Made by a program: the position numbers and the translations under genes
Shown: piece after piece, positions 25,571 to 34,771 of the stretch
How positions within the stretch are numbered: position 1 is the stretch's first letter
Layout of the letters: each line of letters opens with the position of its first letter
From: Nanobdellota archaeon
GTDB lineage: Archaea > Nanobdellota > Nanobdellia > Pacearchaeales > GW2011-AR1
Assembly: GCA_018817905.1 (NCBI GenBank)
Contig: JAHISS010000107.1
Span: forward strand, 1 to 39,554
Direction of reading: 5' to 3'
DNA: 39,554 nucleotides
Notes under the pieces: model-generated
Told to the model about the DNA's origin: nothing
The model's database searches: none
Seen by the model: the letters and a program-made list of their open reading frames with translations, nothing else

Positions 25571-27099
25571 ACTTTATACCTCGCTCGGTCGTACCAAATT
25601 TTAAACTCTAAAGGTAAGCTTCGATATGTTGGTTTTAAGATTTTTTCTCTAATTAAATCATAAACCATAACAAACCTGACAGCAATCAAGGTGAGCAACT
25701 CATTTTTTAAATTTTTCTTAATTCTTTGTTCAACCAAGAGATAATTAAGCAAACTTTTTGGTATGATGCCAAATCTTTTTTCTGTTACGATTCCCCGCAT
25801 TAAATTTAAGAGCAACACGAGATACATGTTTTTTTTCTTGAGGAGAATGTGGGCGCTTCGGTCCCAGTAGTTTAATTGGTAGGCGGCGTCTTTTTCATTT
25901 TTTATTGTTCCGTCTTCTCTGGCGCGCTTGTCTAATTTTGTTCCTGGGAAAAAGACCAAGTTATTTACGGAAAGATAGTAGGGTTTTGGAATTTTTTGCA
26001 GTAAGCTTATGAGGTTGATTATGTCTCCTGGTTTTTCGTAAGGGTTGGAAGTTATAACGTCGTACATTACTGCGAGCTTGTTTTTGTATTTGTTGAGGAT
26101 TTTTCCGGCGTTCAAAACGTTTTCGTCTGTTTGCATTCGGTGGTAGATTTCTCGATTTGTTCTTTCGCTTCCCTGTATCCCGATTATTATATCTGTGCAG
26201 CCTGCATCAACTAAAAGGCGGATTTTTTCTTCTGAAATTGTTTTTGGGTCTCCGAGACATTTGAAGCGCATGTTTATTTTTTTCTTGTAGAGTTCGCAAA
26301 ATTCCCTTAACTGCTCTGTCGGGCGAAGAGAAAATGTGTCGTCTCTTATGTCGAAGTAGTTGAGGGATGGGAACTTTTTTTTCAGGAAAAGAATTCCGTC
26401 GATTATGTATTCAGGAGAATGCCAGCGCAGAATTTTTTTCCTTTTTCCCTCGTAAAGTTCGTTGAAAAGACAGTTGCTGCAATAATCGCAGCCGTATGGG
26501 CAGCCTCGGCCGGTTAGGAAAAAAATCTGTCCGCCAAGGTCGTATTCTTGAAATTTTCTTATTCTTCCTTTTTCGAGCAAGTATTGGGTTTTTATTTCGT
26601 AATCTGGGAAGGGGATGGCGTCGATGTTGTCGATTATGTTTCTTACAGGGTTTTTTATTATTTTTTCATCCTTTCTAACCCAAAGATTTTTTATTTTTGA
26701 GATGTCTTTGTTTTTTTCTATGGCTTTGACTAAATCTACAATTGCACCTTCGCCTTCTCCGACGCACACGATGTCTACGTGTTTTATGCAATCTTCTGGA
26801 CAAATTGTGGCGTGAACTCCTCCGTAAACTATGGGAATATTTAATTTTTTGAGGAAACTGATTATACGATTGGCGCGGTTAGCTGTGAATGCGAAAGAAT
26901 TTATTCCGATTAATTGAGAGTTTTTGCAGAGTTTGGCGAGTTGGGTTAGTTCTGACTTTGTATAGTTTCTTGAATAGTCCTCGCTTAACGTCATAAAAAC
27001 TAAGTTTACGTCGTGACCTTCTTTTTTTAGAACTGCTGAAATTGTTCTTATTCCCTGGTCTGAAGGGTATGTTGCTGTTGAGATTAGGGTTATTTTCAT
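25567..27099 (-). CDS. B12-binding-domain radical SAM enzyme, paralogue 3
   Basis: IVYGGVHATICPEDC, VCVGEGEGA, TGRGCPYGCDYC and IIGIQGSERTN motifs; 510 aa. Closest in-window relative is paralogue 5. Confidence 0.85.
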   Translation of the reverse strand: MKITLISTATYPSDQGIRTISAVLKKEGHDVNLVFMTLSEDYSRNYTKSELTQLAKLCKNSQLIGINSFAFTANRANRIISFLKKLNIPIVYGGVHATICPEDCIKHVDIVCVGEGEGAIVDLVKAIEKNKDISKIKNLWVRKDEKIIKNPVRNIIDNIDAIPFPDYEIKTQYLLEKGRIRKFQEYDLGGQIFFLTGRGCPYGCDYCSNCLFNELYEGKRKKILRWHSPEYIIDGILFLKKKFPSLNYFDIRDDTFSLRPTEQLREFCELYKKKINMRFKCLGDPKTISEEKIRLLVDAGCTDIIIGIQGSERTNREIYHRMQTDENVLNAGKILNKYKNKLAVMYDVITSNPYEKPGDIINLISLLQKIPKPYYLSVNNLVFFPGTKLDKRAREDGTIKNEKDAAYQLNYWDRSAHILLKKKNMYLVLLLNLMRGIVTEKRFGIIPKSLLNYLLVEQRIKKNLKNELLTLIAVRFVMVYDLIREKILKPTYRSLPLEFKIWYDRARYKV

Positions 27100-27124
27100 A
27101 AAGTTGAAAGAAATAAGAGATTTT

Positions 27125-28249
27125 TTAAACCTTTACATCATTCAAAATATAATTTTCTATTTTTTTAATTAATTTATCCCAGGAGAACTGCTCTACACTT
27201 TTTTTAGCTTCCTTTTTAATCTCTTTTTGGTTTCTTGATAAAGAAATGTCTATTTTTTCAGCAAGTTCTTGCGCATTCCCTATTGTAAAAAGATAACCAT
27301 TTTGCCCGCCGTTTATTATTTCTTTCCCCCCATCACTTTTACTTGAGACAACTATTTTTTGTCTTGCCATTGCTTCTATTAATGACTGTGGCATTCCTTC
27401 CCGTTTTGAAGAAAGAACAAATATTCTGGCAGAATCAATTTTTTTTATCTTTTCTTTTAAGTCATATATTGGTTTTGAAAAAATAATTCTCTGTTTTAAA
27501 TTCAATCGGGTTGAGAGCGCTTTTAATTCGTTAAGATAATCTTTTTCTGCTGGTCCGACAATTTCAAGTTTTATTTTTTTATCCACCATTAAGCTAAAAG
27601 CTTTAATCAAAGTTTCTATGTCCTTTATTGGAGCAATTCTTCCCAAGAACAATATTTTATTTTGCTCTTTTTCTTTTTTTTGTTTGAAAAATTCTTCTGG
27701 GATCCCGTTAGGAATATAGATAATTTTATCTTTTTTACAACCGAGGTTTAGAAGATAAGGTATTTCCCATCTTGTTATAGCTATGATTTTTGTATATTGA
27801 TTCAAAATTCTTTTGCCGATTAATTTGTCGTAAAGAAAAACAGCCGAATTTAACTTCCAATTTCTTAATTTTTTATCTAAAAAAGGTGCGTGTGTTACGA
27901 GAAAACATGGAACCCCCAATCTTTTTGCTATCTTTAATGCTTTTGTTGAATAGTATTGACGATATGCATGAGTGATTATTATATCTGGCTTTAGTTTTAA
28001 TGCTTCTTCTGTAAAACCCCAGAAGAATGTATTCTGGCCGAAAGAAGCCTTTGCTGGAAATCTGGTTATCTTGACCTTATTTATTACTTCATAGGGCTTG
28101 ACTATTTTATTTTTTCCCGTTCCTCTTTCGATATTTGAAGAAAAAACATGTACTTCGTGATTTTTAGCTAAACGTTCGGCTTCTCCAAGTACTCTTGTCC
28201 AGACTCCGCAAATTCCTGCTGAAAATGGGGAGAGTTCAAGTATTTTCAT
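27125..28249 (-). CDS. GT4 (GT-B fold) glycosyltransferase
   Basis: REGMPQSLIEAMARQKIVVSSKSDGGKEIINGGQNGYL motif and N-terminal MKILELSPFSAGICGVW. Confidence 0.8.
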   Translation of the reverse strand: MKILELSPFSAGICGVWTRVLGEAERLAKNHEVHVFSSNIERGTGKNKIVKPYEVINKVKITRFPAKASFGQNTFFWGFTEEALKLKPDIIITHAYRQYYSTKALKIAKRLGVPCFLVTHAPFLDKKLRNWKLNSAVFLYDKLIGKRILNQYTKIIAITRWEIPYLLNLGCKKDKIIYIPNGIPEEFFKQKKEKEQNKILFLGRIAPIKDIETLIKAFSLMVDKKIKLEIVGPAEKDYLNELKALSTRLNLKQRIIFSKPIYDLKEKIKKIDSARIFVLSSKREGMPQSLIEAMARQKIVVSSKSDGGKEIINGGQNGYLFTIGNAQELAEKIDISLSRNQKEIKKEAKKSVEQFSWDKLIKKIENYILNDVKV

Positions 28250-28262
28250 TTTCTTTTGGTTT

Positions 28263-29201
28263 TTAATTTTTAGTTATTATTTTAAGATACTTTTTAGATA
28301 ATTCATCCCAGGCTTTTATCTTTTGCGGTTTAAATTTCTTTTTTGTTTTTATTAATTTTGAAATGTCTAAGAAGCCATCATAATAAAGATTGTTTTTAAA
28401 GTCAAGATATTTTGAGATTTTTCCCCTTGGCGCCAAAACAGGTTTACCAAGAACTTGATATTCGAATAATTTTGATGAGCTATCATTGTCTTCAGTTAAT
28501 AAAAGAAAATCTGCAGAAAGAAGATGGCCATACACTTCGTTCGGTTCTTTCCAGCCAAGATAAAATGAATTTTGAGTATTTTTGGTTTTTTCTCCATTTT
28601 CAACGCCTCCTACAAGAACAAAATCTATCTTCTTTAATTTTTCAATTGCTTTTTTAAGTTCGGGATATTTTTTTACCCTTGAAAGTTCTCCAGAATAAAC
28701 AACTTTTATTTTATTTTTCCCAGGAAGTTTAATTCTTTTAGCTTTTTTTAAAAAGTTTGGGTTATAGCCCATCGGGAGATAAAAAATATTTTTATTTTCT
28801 TTTTTATTAAATTCATTTATCCCTCTCTCCAGCCTATATCTTGAAATTGAGATTATAATATCTGAATACTTCACTGCCAATTCTTCTAAAAATCTTAAAA
28901 AATACCTTTTCCATCTTTCATTTGCAGTTTCTTCATAATTATCCCCCCAATGAAAAATTAGTTTAGACTTAATTAGCCCCAGCTTATTAAATAGCGCAAT
29001 AAACCCGGCGATTGGGCCACAGGTGATTATAATATTTGGCTTAAAGGAGTTATATTTTTTAAAGAATGCTGACCACCCTTCTCTTGGAATAATTTCAACT
29101 TTGTGTCCATTTTTTTTGAACAATTGTGAATAAATGTTAATTGATCCTCTAAACTTATTAATATTCTTTTTCAGGGAATGATGGATAAATAAAATTCTCA
29201 T
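28263..29201 (-). CDS. GT-B fold glycosyltransferase (divergent GT4/GT1-like)
   Basis: Starts at MRILFIHHS (ATG 29199..29201), 4 nt after the upstream stop. The C-terminal SSKLFEYQVLGKPVLAP is a donor-binding-like segment. Confidence 0.55.
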   Translation of the reverse strand: MRILFIHHSLKKNINKFRGSINIYSQLFKKNGHKVEIIPREGWSAFFKKYNSFKPNIIITCGPIAGFIALFNKLGLIKSKLIFHWGDNYEETANERWKRYFLRFLEELAVKYSDIIISISRYRLERGINEFNKKENKNIFYLPMGYNPNFLKKAKRIKLPGKNKIKVVYSGELSRVKKYPELKKAIEKLKKIDFVLVGGVENGEKTKNTQNSFYLGWKEPNEVYGHLLSADFLLLTEDNDSSSKLFEYQVLGKPVLAPRGKISKYLDFKNNLYYDGFLDISKLIKTKKKFKPQKIKAWDELSKKYLKIITKN

Positions 29202-29205
29202 TTTG

Positions 29206-30126
29206 CTAGTACCATTCTTCGCAGATATTACAAAGAGGTATTTTATATTTTTCTCCGTTAAGATGCAATCTTCTGATATTCCCAAATTTTGGACTATTCC
29301 ATATATCTAATAAGTTTTGTTCTTTGATGTCCCCAACAATTACCTCCCCATAGGCATCGATACAACAAAGAACTGCCCTCCCATCACTTAAAAAATTTAG
29401 TCTATTAAAAATTTGAGGGCAAGGCAAAGTTGTTTTTTTATTAATTAAATTCTTTCTTCTCCTAACTCCTGACTCAGAACCAATGTGAAACCCTTGTACT
29501 TTTCCTTTCCATCTTTCTTTAAAACCTTTTAATTGCCCTTCATTTTCTGGGGTGCAGACAAAACTTAAGATTATTCTGATTCTCTTTCCAGACTCATTGT
29601 TTCTTAAAATGGAATAATTGATATTTCTTATTACTTTGTCCCAGCTTATTCCTTTAAACTTTTCAAAAGTTTCTTTCTCATCTGCATCTAAACTAAAATT
29701 AATCTCATCGCAAAGGCGATTTTCTACTAATTTATCAATTTTTTCAGGGGTCATTGCCAGACCATTGCTTATCAATCTAATTTTTACGGTTGGCAACTTC
29801 TCTTTGATGTATTCTAATCTTTCAAATAGATGAGGAGTAATAGATGGCTCTCCAAACAAGCTTGGTTTAATTAATTTTAGTTCTTTGTGATCGACACACT
29901 GATCAATTATTTTTCTAAAAACTTCCTCTGACATGTTGATGGCTCTTTTTTTATCTTTCTCATGAATATTTGAATGAGGACAAAATTTACATTTTGCGTT
30001 ACAAAGTGTAGAAAGTTCTATACTAATAATTTCGGGAAATTTTGTTTTTCTTGGTTTTTTTAACTGGTGATAAATCTTTTTGCAAAAATTTCTTGAAATT
30101 AAATAAGGTTTAGATTGTGCGATCAT
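29206..30126 (-). CDS. Radical SAM enzyme with SPASM/twitch-like Cys-rich C-terminal domain
   Basis: LSTLCNAKCKFCPH (CxxxCxxC) near the N-terminus. The C-terminal CPQIF...LCCIDAYGEVIVGDI...IWNS...PLCNICEEW pattern is SPASM-like. Confidence 0.75.
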   Translation of the reverse strand: MIAQSKPYLISRNFCKKIYHQLKKPRKTKFPEIISIELSTLCNAKCKFCPHSNIHEKDKKRAINMSEEVFRKIIDQCVDHKELKLIKPSLFGEPSITPHLFERLEYIKEKLPTVKIRLISNGLAMTPEKIDKLVENRLCDEINFSLDADEKETFEKFKGISWDKVIRNINYSILRNNESGKRIRIILSFVCTPENEGQLKGFKERWKGKVQGFHIGSESGVRRRKNLINKKTTLPCPQIFNRLNFLSDGRAVLCCIDAYGEVIVGDIKEQNLLDIWNSPKFGNIRRLHLNGEKYKIPLCNICEEWY

Positions 30127-30244
30127 AGATTCGATTCATTAAACAGATTTATAAATTTTTGCTAAATGGGAAGATGGTTCAAAGTTTGACTTGGGATTAA
30201 TTGAGGGGTGTTAGTTAATTTATGTGTTTATAAATCAACGAATA

Positions 30245-31252
30245 TTAAGATAAATCGTATCGGAAGTTCACAAATTTTTTTCTATCGTCTCGGATTGCCG
30301 CCTCCTTTTTATTGATATTATACCAAGCTACCATTTCTTTTATACCTTGTTCTATTGAGATATTTGGTTTGTAATTGAGAATTTCTTTTGCTTTATTTAT
30401 ATTTGCAAATGTTTTTTGTACATCTCCTTCTTGAGGAGAGATATATTTTAATTTGGCTTTTTTTCCAAGTTCTTTTTCTATTAAAGTTATAAGAGTAATT
30501 AATTTGATTGGATTAGAATTTCCTAAATTGAATATTTCGTAAGAGAATTCCTTCTCTAATGCTACAAGAATGCCTTCAACAATATCTGACACATAAGTAT
30601 AATCTCTTTCCATGTTTATATCCCCATATATCTCAATCTCTTCATTACTATCAATCAGTTTTGTAAATTTCATAGGAGCCATATCTACTCTTCCCCGAGG
30701 CCCATATACTGTGAAAAATCTTAAGCAGGCAACGGGTATTTTGTAGATGGAGTTATAAGTATAACAGATTAGTTCTCCGGATTTTTTTGTTACCGCATAA
30801 GGACTTATTGGTTTATCAGTATTATCTGTTTCATTAAAAAAATCGTCTTGTCTGTTGCCATACACGCTAGAGCTTGAGGCAAAAACAAATTTTTTAATTC
30901 CAAATATTTTTGATAATTCTAGCAAATTGAATGTCCCAGCTATATTTGTCTTTAAATATTGGGCGGGGTTTTTTATAGACGGCCTTACCCCTGCTCTTGC
31001 TGCTAGATGGATTATTTTAGTTAGACTATTCTCTTCAAAAACCCTCTTTAATTCTTCAAAATTTTCAATGTCTACTTTATACAACTTAAAATTATTCTTA
31101 GAAAGATTGTGCCTTATATTCTTTTCTTTTATCTGAGGATTATAAAAGTCGTTGAAGTTGTCTACACAGACTATATTTTCTCCTTTTTCTATTAATCTGT
31201 CTATGGCGTGGCTACCTATGAACCCTGCACCACCCGTAACCAGTATAGTCAT
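30245..31252 (-). CDS. NAD-dependent nucleotide-sugar epimerase (SDR), UDP-glucuronate 4-epimerase-like
   Basis: VTGGAGFIGSH, SPYAVTKKSGE (YxxxK) and RFFTVYGPRGRVDMAPMKF, typical of the GlcA 4-epimerase subgroup. Confidence 0.8.
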   Translation of the reverse strand: MTILVTGGAGFIGSHAIDRLIEKGENIVCVDNFNDFYNPQIKEKNIRHNLSKNNFKLYKVDIENFEELKRVFEENSLTKIIHLAARAGVRPSIKNPAQYLKTNIAGTFNLLELSKIFGIKKFVFASSSSVYGNRQDDFFNETDNTDKPISPYAVTKKSGELICYTYNSIYKIPVACLRFFTVYGPRGRVDMAPMKFTKLIDSNEEIEIYGDINMERDYTYVSDIVEGILVALEKEFSYEIFNLGNSNPIKLITLITLIEKELGKKAKLKYISPQEGDVQKTFANINKAKEILNYKPNISIEQGIKEMVAWYNINKKEAAIRDDRKKFVNFRYDLS

Positions 31253-31543
31253 AGAAGAATCAGAACAAAGGAAGTTTTTAAATATTCTGAAGAAGATTTT
31301 CTATGAACGTTCTTTGGAAGGATTTTGCGCGTGGTGCCCCTTTAATTTCCCACATGACTCGTGGCAACATTTACCAGAGTAAGTATTCAAGCAAAACCAC
31401 AAACTTTTGAATCCAACGATGATTCCTGAAGATGCCTCAATCTTGCATTTTCATGCTGTTTGAAAAATAACCTCAGAAAGGCTCTTTTTAAAAATTTGCA
31501 ACTCGTTTGTCAGCTTTAAAGTTAAGGATTTCAAGAGGAAAAA

Positions 31544-33097
31544 TCAATATAACTTAATTCTCTGCTTATGTCTCCTAATCAATTCTCTTACCCCTTCTTT
31601 TCTGAGTATTTCAATCGCATATATGGCCTCCATCTTCTTAAGAATAAAATTCCTCTTTATTCCTTTTGGAATCCAGAGCATAAAATCTTCCTTTAAACCG
31701 TATTGTTTTGCGATACTCCAAACTTTTCTTAACTTATTCCATTTGAATAATATATATCCTGTTCTGAACATAAACATATAAAATGCTTTTCTTCTCTCAT
31801 ATCTGTTAAAATCTGGAGTCTCAACATATGGTTCTTCACATTCAAATGCATCTAAAGATTTTTCATAAGGCTCTAACTCATTTCTTAATATTGTTCCATT
31901 TTTTTCAAACCATGCCCTAACGGGGGTGCCTCTAAAAGGAACTATTGGATTTATTGTCATATGATTTGGTTTAACCCTATTAGCAAATTTGATTGATTCT
32001 TTTATTCTCTCTAAGTTGTCATAAGGGAGACCTACAACAAAAGAAATAGTTAATCCAAACCCGCAATCCTTAACCAGATTACACGCATCTTCAATTTCTT
32101 TTAATGTCTCCCCTTTATTAACATGCTTGAAAACTTCTGGGTGTGCATGTTCTACCCCGATCCCTATTTCGCGACAATTACATTCTTTCAGCAATATTAG
32201 CAGTTCTCTATCAATTCCATCAGCCCTTGTATTGATAACATTAAGATTTGCATTTGTCTCTTTTTTATAGGCTCTTAGAAATTGTTTAAATCTTTCCTTC
32301 CATACAGTCGGGCAATCATCGAATATACTAATCCTCAGATGGGGCGAGATTTCTAAGGCAGATTTAATTTCTTTAATACAACCCTCAATTTCTCTATGCC
32401 TCCAGCGCTTGTGGGCCAGGTTAATTCCAACGCAAAAGCTACATTTAAAAGGGCATCCCCTGGAAGTCATTATGGGATAGTTCCTTATAATTTCCCACTG
32501 GTAAAAAGATTTGAATTCGGGTATTGGAATATCATTTAAATCGAGAGGACTATTAGAATTAATAATTTTTGGCACCCTTTCTTTTTTTGCATTTTCAACA
32601 ACATTTAAAAGAGTAAGCTCAGCTTCCCCTATAAATATATAGTCTGCGGATTTATTTTTCTTTAATTCATCAGTGTATAACGTAGCAAATGGGCCCCCGG
32701 TAAGAATTGGTAAATTGGGACTAGACTTATTAATCTCTGATATTATTTCCATGCCTTCGCGAGCATTAAAGGCATACATACTTACTCCGACCAAATCTGG
32801 TTTGAATTTCTCTATAAAATTAAACACGCTAGGAATTTTGCCTCTTAAAAAAGCGTAATCTACTATGAGAGTTTCATGTCCTCTTTTTTTTAGAATTCCT
32901 GACAAAATTGCAAGTCCGTTGTGAGGAAACGTAACATTAGAAGAACCTATTTTTTTAGGATTTATCAGTAATACTCTTTTTCTTTCGTGCTCTCCAACTT
33001 TCCTTATATTCTGTAATTCCTTAGATTGCATTTGAGTCATTCGTCTCTTGGGGGTAACCTTCTTACATGAATAGACTAATTTACTTCTTGATTTCAT
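31544..33097 (-). CDS. B12-binding-domain radical SAM enzyme, paralogue 4
   Basis: LVGVSMYA, LTGGPFATLYTDE, IGEAE, TSRGCPFKCSFC and IGIGVEHAHPE motifs; 517 aa. Its start overlaps the upstream methyltransferase stop (ATGA). Confidence 0.85.
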   Translation of the reverse strand: MKSRSKLVYSCKKVTPKRRMTQMQSKELQNIRKVGEHERKRVLLINPKKIGSSNVTFPHNGLAILSGILKKRGHETLIVDYAFLRGKIPSVFNFIEKFKPDLVGVSMYAFNAREGMEIISEINKSSPNLPILTGGPFATLYTDELKKNKSADYIFIGEAELTLLNVVENAKKERVPKIINSNSPLDLNDIPIPEFKSFYQWEIIRNYPIMTSRGCPFKCSFCVGINLAHKRWRHREIEGCIKEIKSALEISPHLRISIFDDCPTVWKERFKQFLRAYKKETNANLNVINTRADGIDRELLILLKECNCREIGIGVEHAHPEVFKHVNKGETLKEIEDACNLVKDCGFGLTISFVVGLPYDNLERIKESIKFANRVKPNHMTINPIVPFRGTPVRAWFEKNGTILRNELEPYEKSLDAFECEEPYVETPDFNRYERRKAFYMFMFRTGYILFKWNKLRKVWSIAKQYGLKEDFMLWIPKGIKRNFILKKMEAIYAIEILRKEGVRELIRRHKQRIKLY

Positions 33098-33570
33098 TTT
33101 ATCACTTTTAATTTCACATGAATTTCTTTAAAAACTCCGCGAATAACTAAACTTAACTTCCTTCTTAAAAACTTAGGAATATATACACCAAAATTTGGTG
33201 ATGGTTCAACTTCTAATTCGACAATTTCCCACCCTTTATTTTCTTCTCCCCAGTCTGTTACCGGCATTGTTAAATATTCAAATGTAGCTTCTGCAAAATA
33301 ACTAACATGCCCAAGCATACTAAATGAACCCTCATTATTAAAATGAGGTACATAAATCTCTATTATTCCATTAGTCTTACAAATCCTGTGTAATTCATTT
33401 AACACATTTTCTGTCCATCTTAAATGTTCTAATACATCTCTTGTAAAAATATAATCATAAGTATTATCCTTAATTGGATATGGAAATACCTCAAAATCAA
33501 AATCTTTTTTATCAAAATTATCAAACCCTTCCTTTATATCCAATCCGCATCCAAAATTTAACTTTTTCAT
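33094..33570 (-). CDS. Small class I SAM-dependent methyltransferase
   Basis: KLNFGCGLD, YDYIFTRDVLEHL and NGIIEIYVPH; 158 aa. Confidence 0.65.
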   Translation of the reverse strand: MKKLNFGCGLDIKEGFDNFDKKDFDFEVFPYPIKDNTYDYIFTRDVLEHLRWTENVLNELHRICKTNGIIEIYVPHFNNEGSFSMLGHVSYFAEATFEYLTMPVTDWGEENKGWEIVELEVEPSPNFGVYIPKFLRRKLSLVIRGVFKEIHVKLKVIK

Positions 33571-33686
33571 TTTTTTCGGTAAATGTTCCTCCCTCTAAAT
33601 TGTTTTGGTATTTCCTTTTTATATTCGCCGTAATAAACTTCCTTGTGTGTTTGTTCTGTTCCCATATTCGTTGTTTGTTCTTTCAT
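33567..33686 (-). CDS. Possible 39-aa upstream ORF coupled to the methyltransferase / radical SAM pair
   Basis: ATG 33684..33686. It translates to MKEQTTNMGTEQTHKEVYYGEYKKEIPKQFRGRNIYRKK, and its TGA overlaps the methyltransferase ATG (ATGA). It is below the ORF-track cutoff and no family was recognised. Confidence 0.2.
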   Translation of the reverse strand: MKEQTTNMGTEQTHKEVYYGEYKKEIPKQFRGRNIYRKK

Positions 33687-33791
33687 TTTAACGCCCCATT
33701 CCCTTTTCAGACATATTACTTATATTCTCTAATCAGCTCGGGTTTGTTTCTACTCGGCTATTTATATGCTCTTTCTCATTCCATTCTTTAT

Positions 33792-34721
33792 TTAGTCCTC
33801 ATTTCCATTTTTTAACAAATCTCTCATATTAATTAATTCAATTTTTCCTTTTTTCTTTAACTTAAGAACAGTATTTAAAATTATCTTTAAATTTTTCAAA
33901 CTTTTAAAGGTGAAGTCATGGCAACAAAGACAATATACTGCGTTTTTATCACGTTTATTTGCATTTTCTTCTATATCTTTTAATATTCTTTTTATCCTGC
34001 CTGGCTTACTTGTTCCATCAAAAGTAGATGAAACATGCACAAAGGTTAATCCGTATCTTTTAAATGGAGGAATAACTTTAAATTTGTGAGTCATTTTTTT
34101 TGGAAAATCCTCCAGCCCGGTATACCTTATAATCTTAAAACCATTTTTTCTTAAAGCAGAATATAGGACAGAAGGATTAGACTTGTCTTCAGTTATATTA
34201 AACGGAGAAGAACATGAAACAGGGCTTACTCCTATTTTATTTGCTGCATTTTTTGCAGCGCGTATACCTGAATCAACGATTTTTGATTCTTCTAATGGCC
34301 AACACTCATGTGCAAAACCATGGATTCCCAAATCAAAAAGGGGATTGTTTTTCATCTCTTTTTCTATAAAGTCTCCAAGGTAGAGTCCCGGATATTCAGA
34401 ATAGCCTGATTTAGGATCCCAGTAATACCAATTTTTTTTAAAAAACCATTTTGCTTTGGGTTTTAATTCATTAAAATGCGGCCATCCATTACAAGACTTT
34501 AAATAAAGATGCCCAGTAATGTTAAATGTTGCAGGAATTTGATTTTCCTTAAAAAATGTTACTAGATTTTTAAGGCCTTGGCGATTTTTAGCATAGATAA
34601 ATTTACCTCTTATTTTATTAAGGCGCCATTTTATTTGATAAATTTTAGAAAAACTATAAAACGGATTTTGAATATACTTCCAAAAGTCTGCTTCCGTATC
34701 GACGCTTAATAAGAACCTCAT
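33792..34721 (-). CDS. Polysaccharide deacetylase (CE4/NodB-like)
   Basis: FLLSVDTEADF, PATFNITGHL and DLGIHGFAHE (metal-binding Asp/His pattern); 309 aa. Confidence 0.65.
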   Translation of the reverse strand: MRFLLSVDTEADFWKYIQNPFYSFSKIYQIKWRLNKIRGKFIYAKNRQGLKNLVTFFKENQIPATFNITGHLYLKSCNGWPHFNELKPKAKWFFKKNWYYWDPKSGYSEYPGLYLGDFIEKEMKNNPLFDLGIHGFAHECWPLEESKIVDSGIRAAKNAANKIGVSPVSCSSPFNITEDKSNPSVLYSALRKNGFKIIRYTGLEDFPKKMTHKFKVIPPFKRYGLTFVHVSSTFDGTSKPGRIKRILKDIEENANKRDKNAVYCLCCHDFTFKSLKNLKIILNTVLKLKKKGKIELINMRDLLKNGNED

Positions 34722-34742
34722 TTTGGAGGGAGAACAAATATA

Positions 34743-34750
34743 TTTTTAAA
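34743..34750. promoter_or_regulatory. Shared central TATA-like octamer of a 50-nt divergent spacer
   Basis: TTTTTAAA, within ATATATTTTTAAATATATA, lies exactly 21 nt from the start codons at 34721 (-) and 34772 (+). Confidence 0.45.
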
Positions 34751-34771
34751 TATATAGTCTTACTTTAGATT

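Noticed and set aside
31253-31543. Possible third remnant of the 23725-type GT2 in the 291-nt gap upstream of the epimerase. The minus strand reads ...WEIKGAPRAKSFQ..., against GAPRTKSF in the GT2
   Set aside because: Only a 7/8-residue match. The flanking sequence is not collinear: a nearby HEN match is about 35 codons away instead of 7, and in another frame. This could be chance in Lys-rich sequence and needs a proper translated search.
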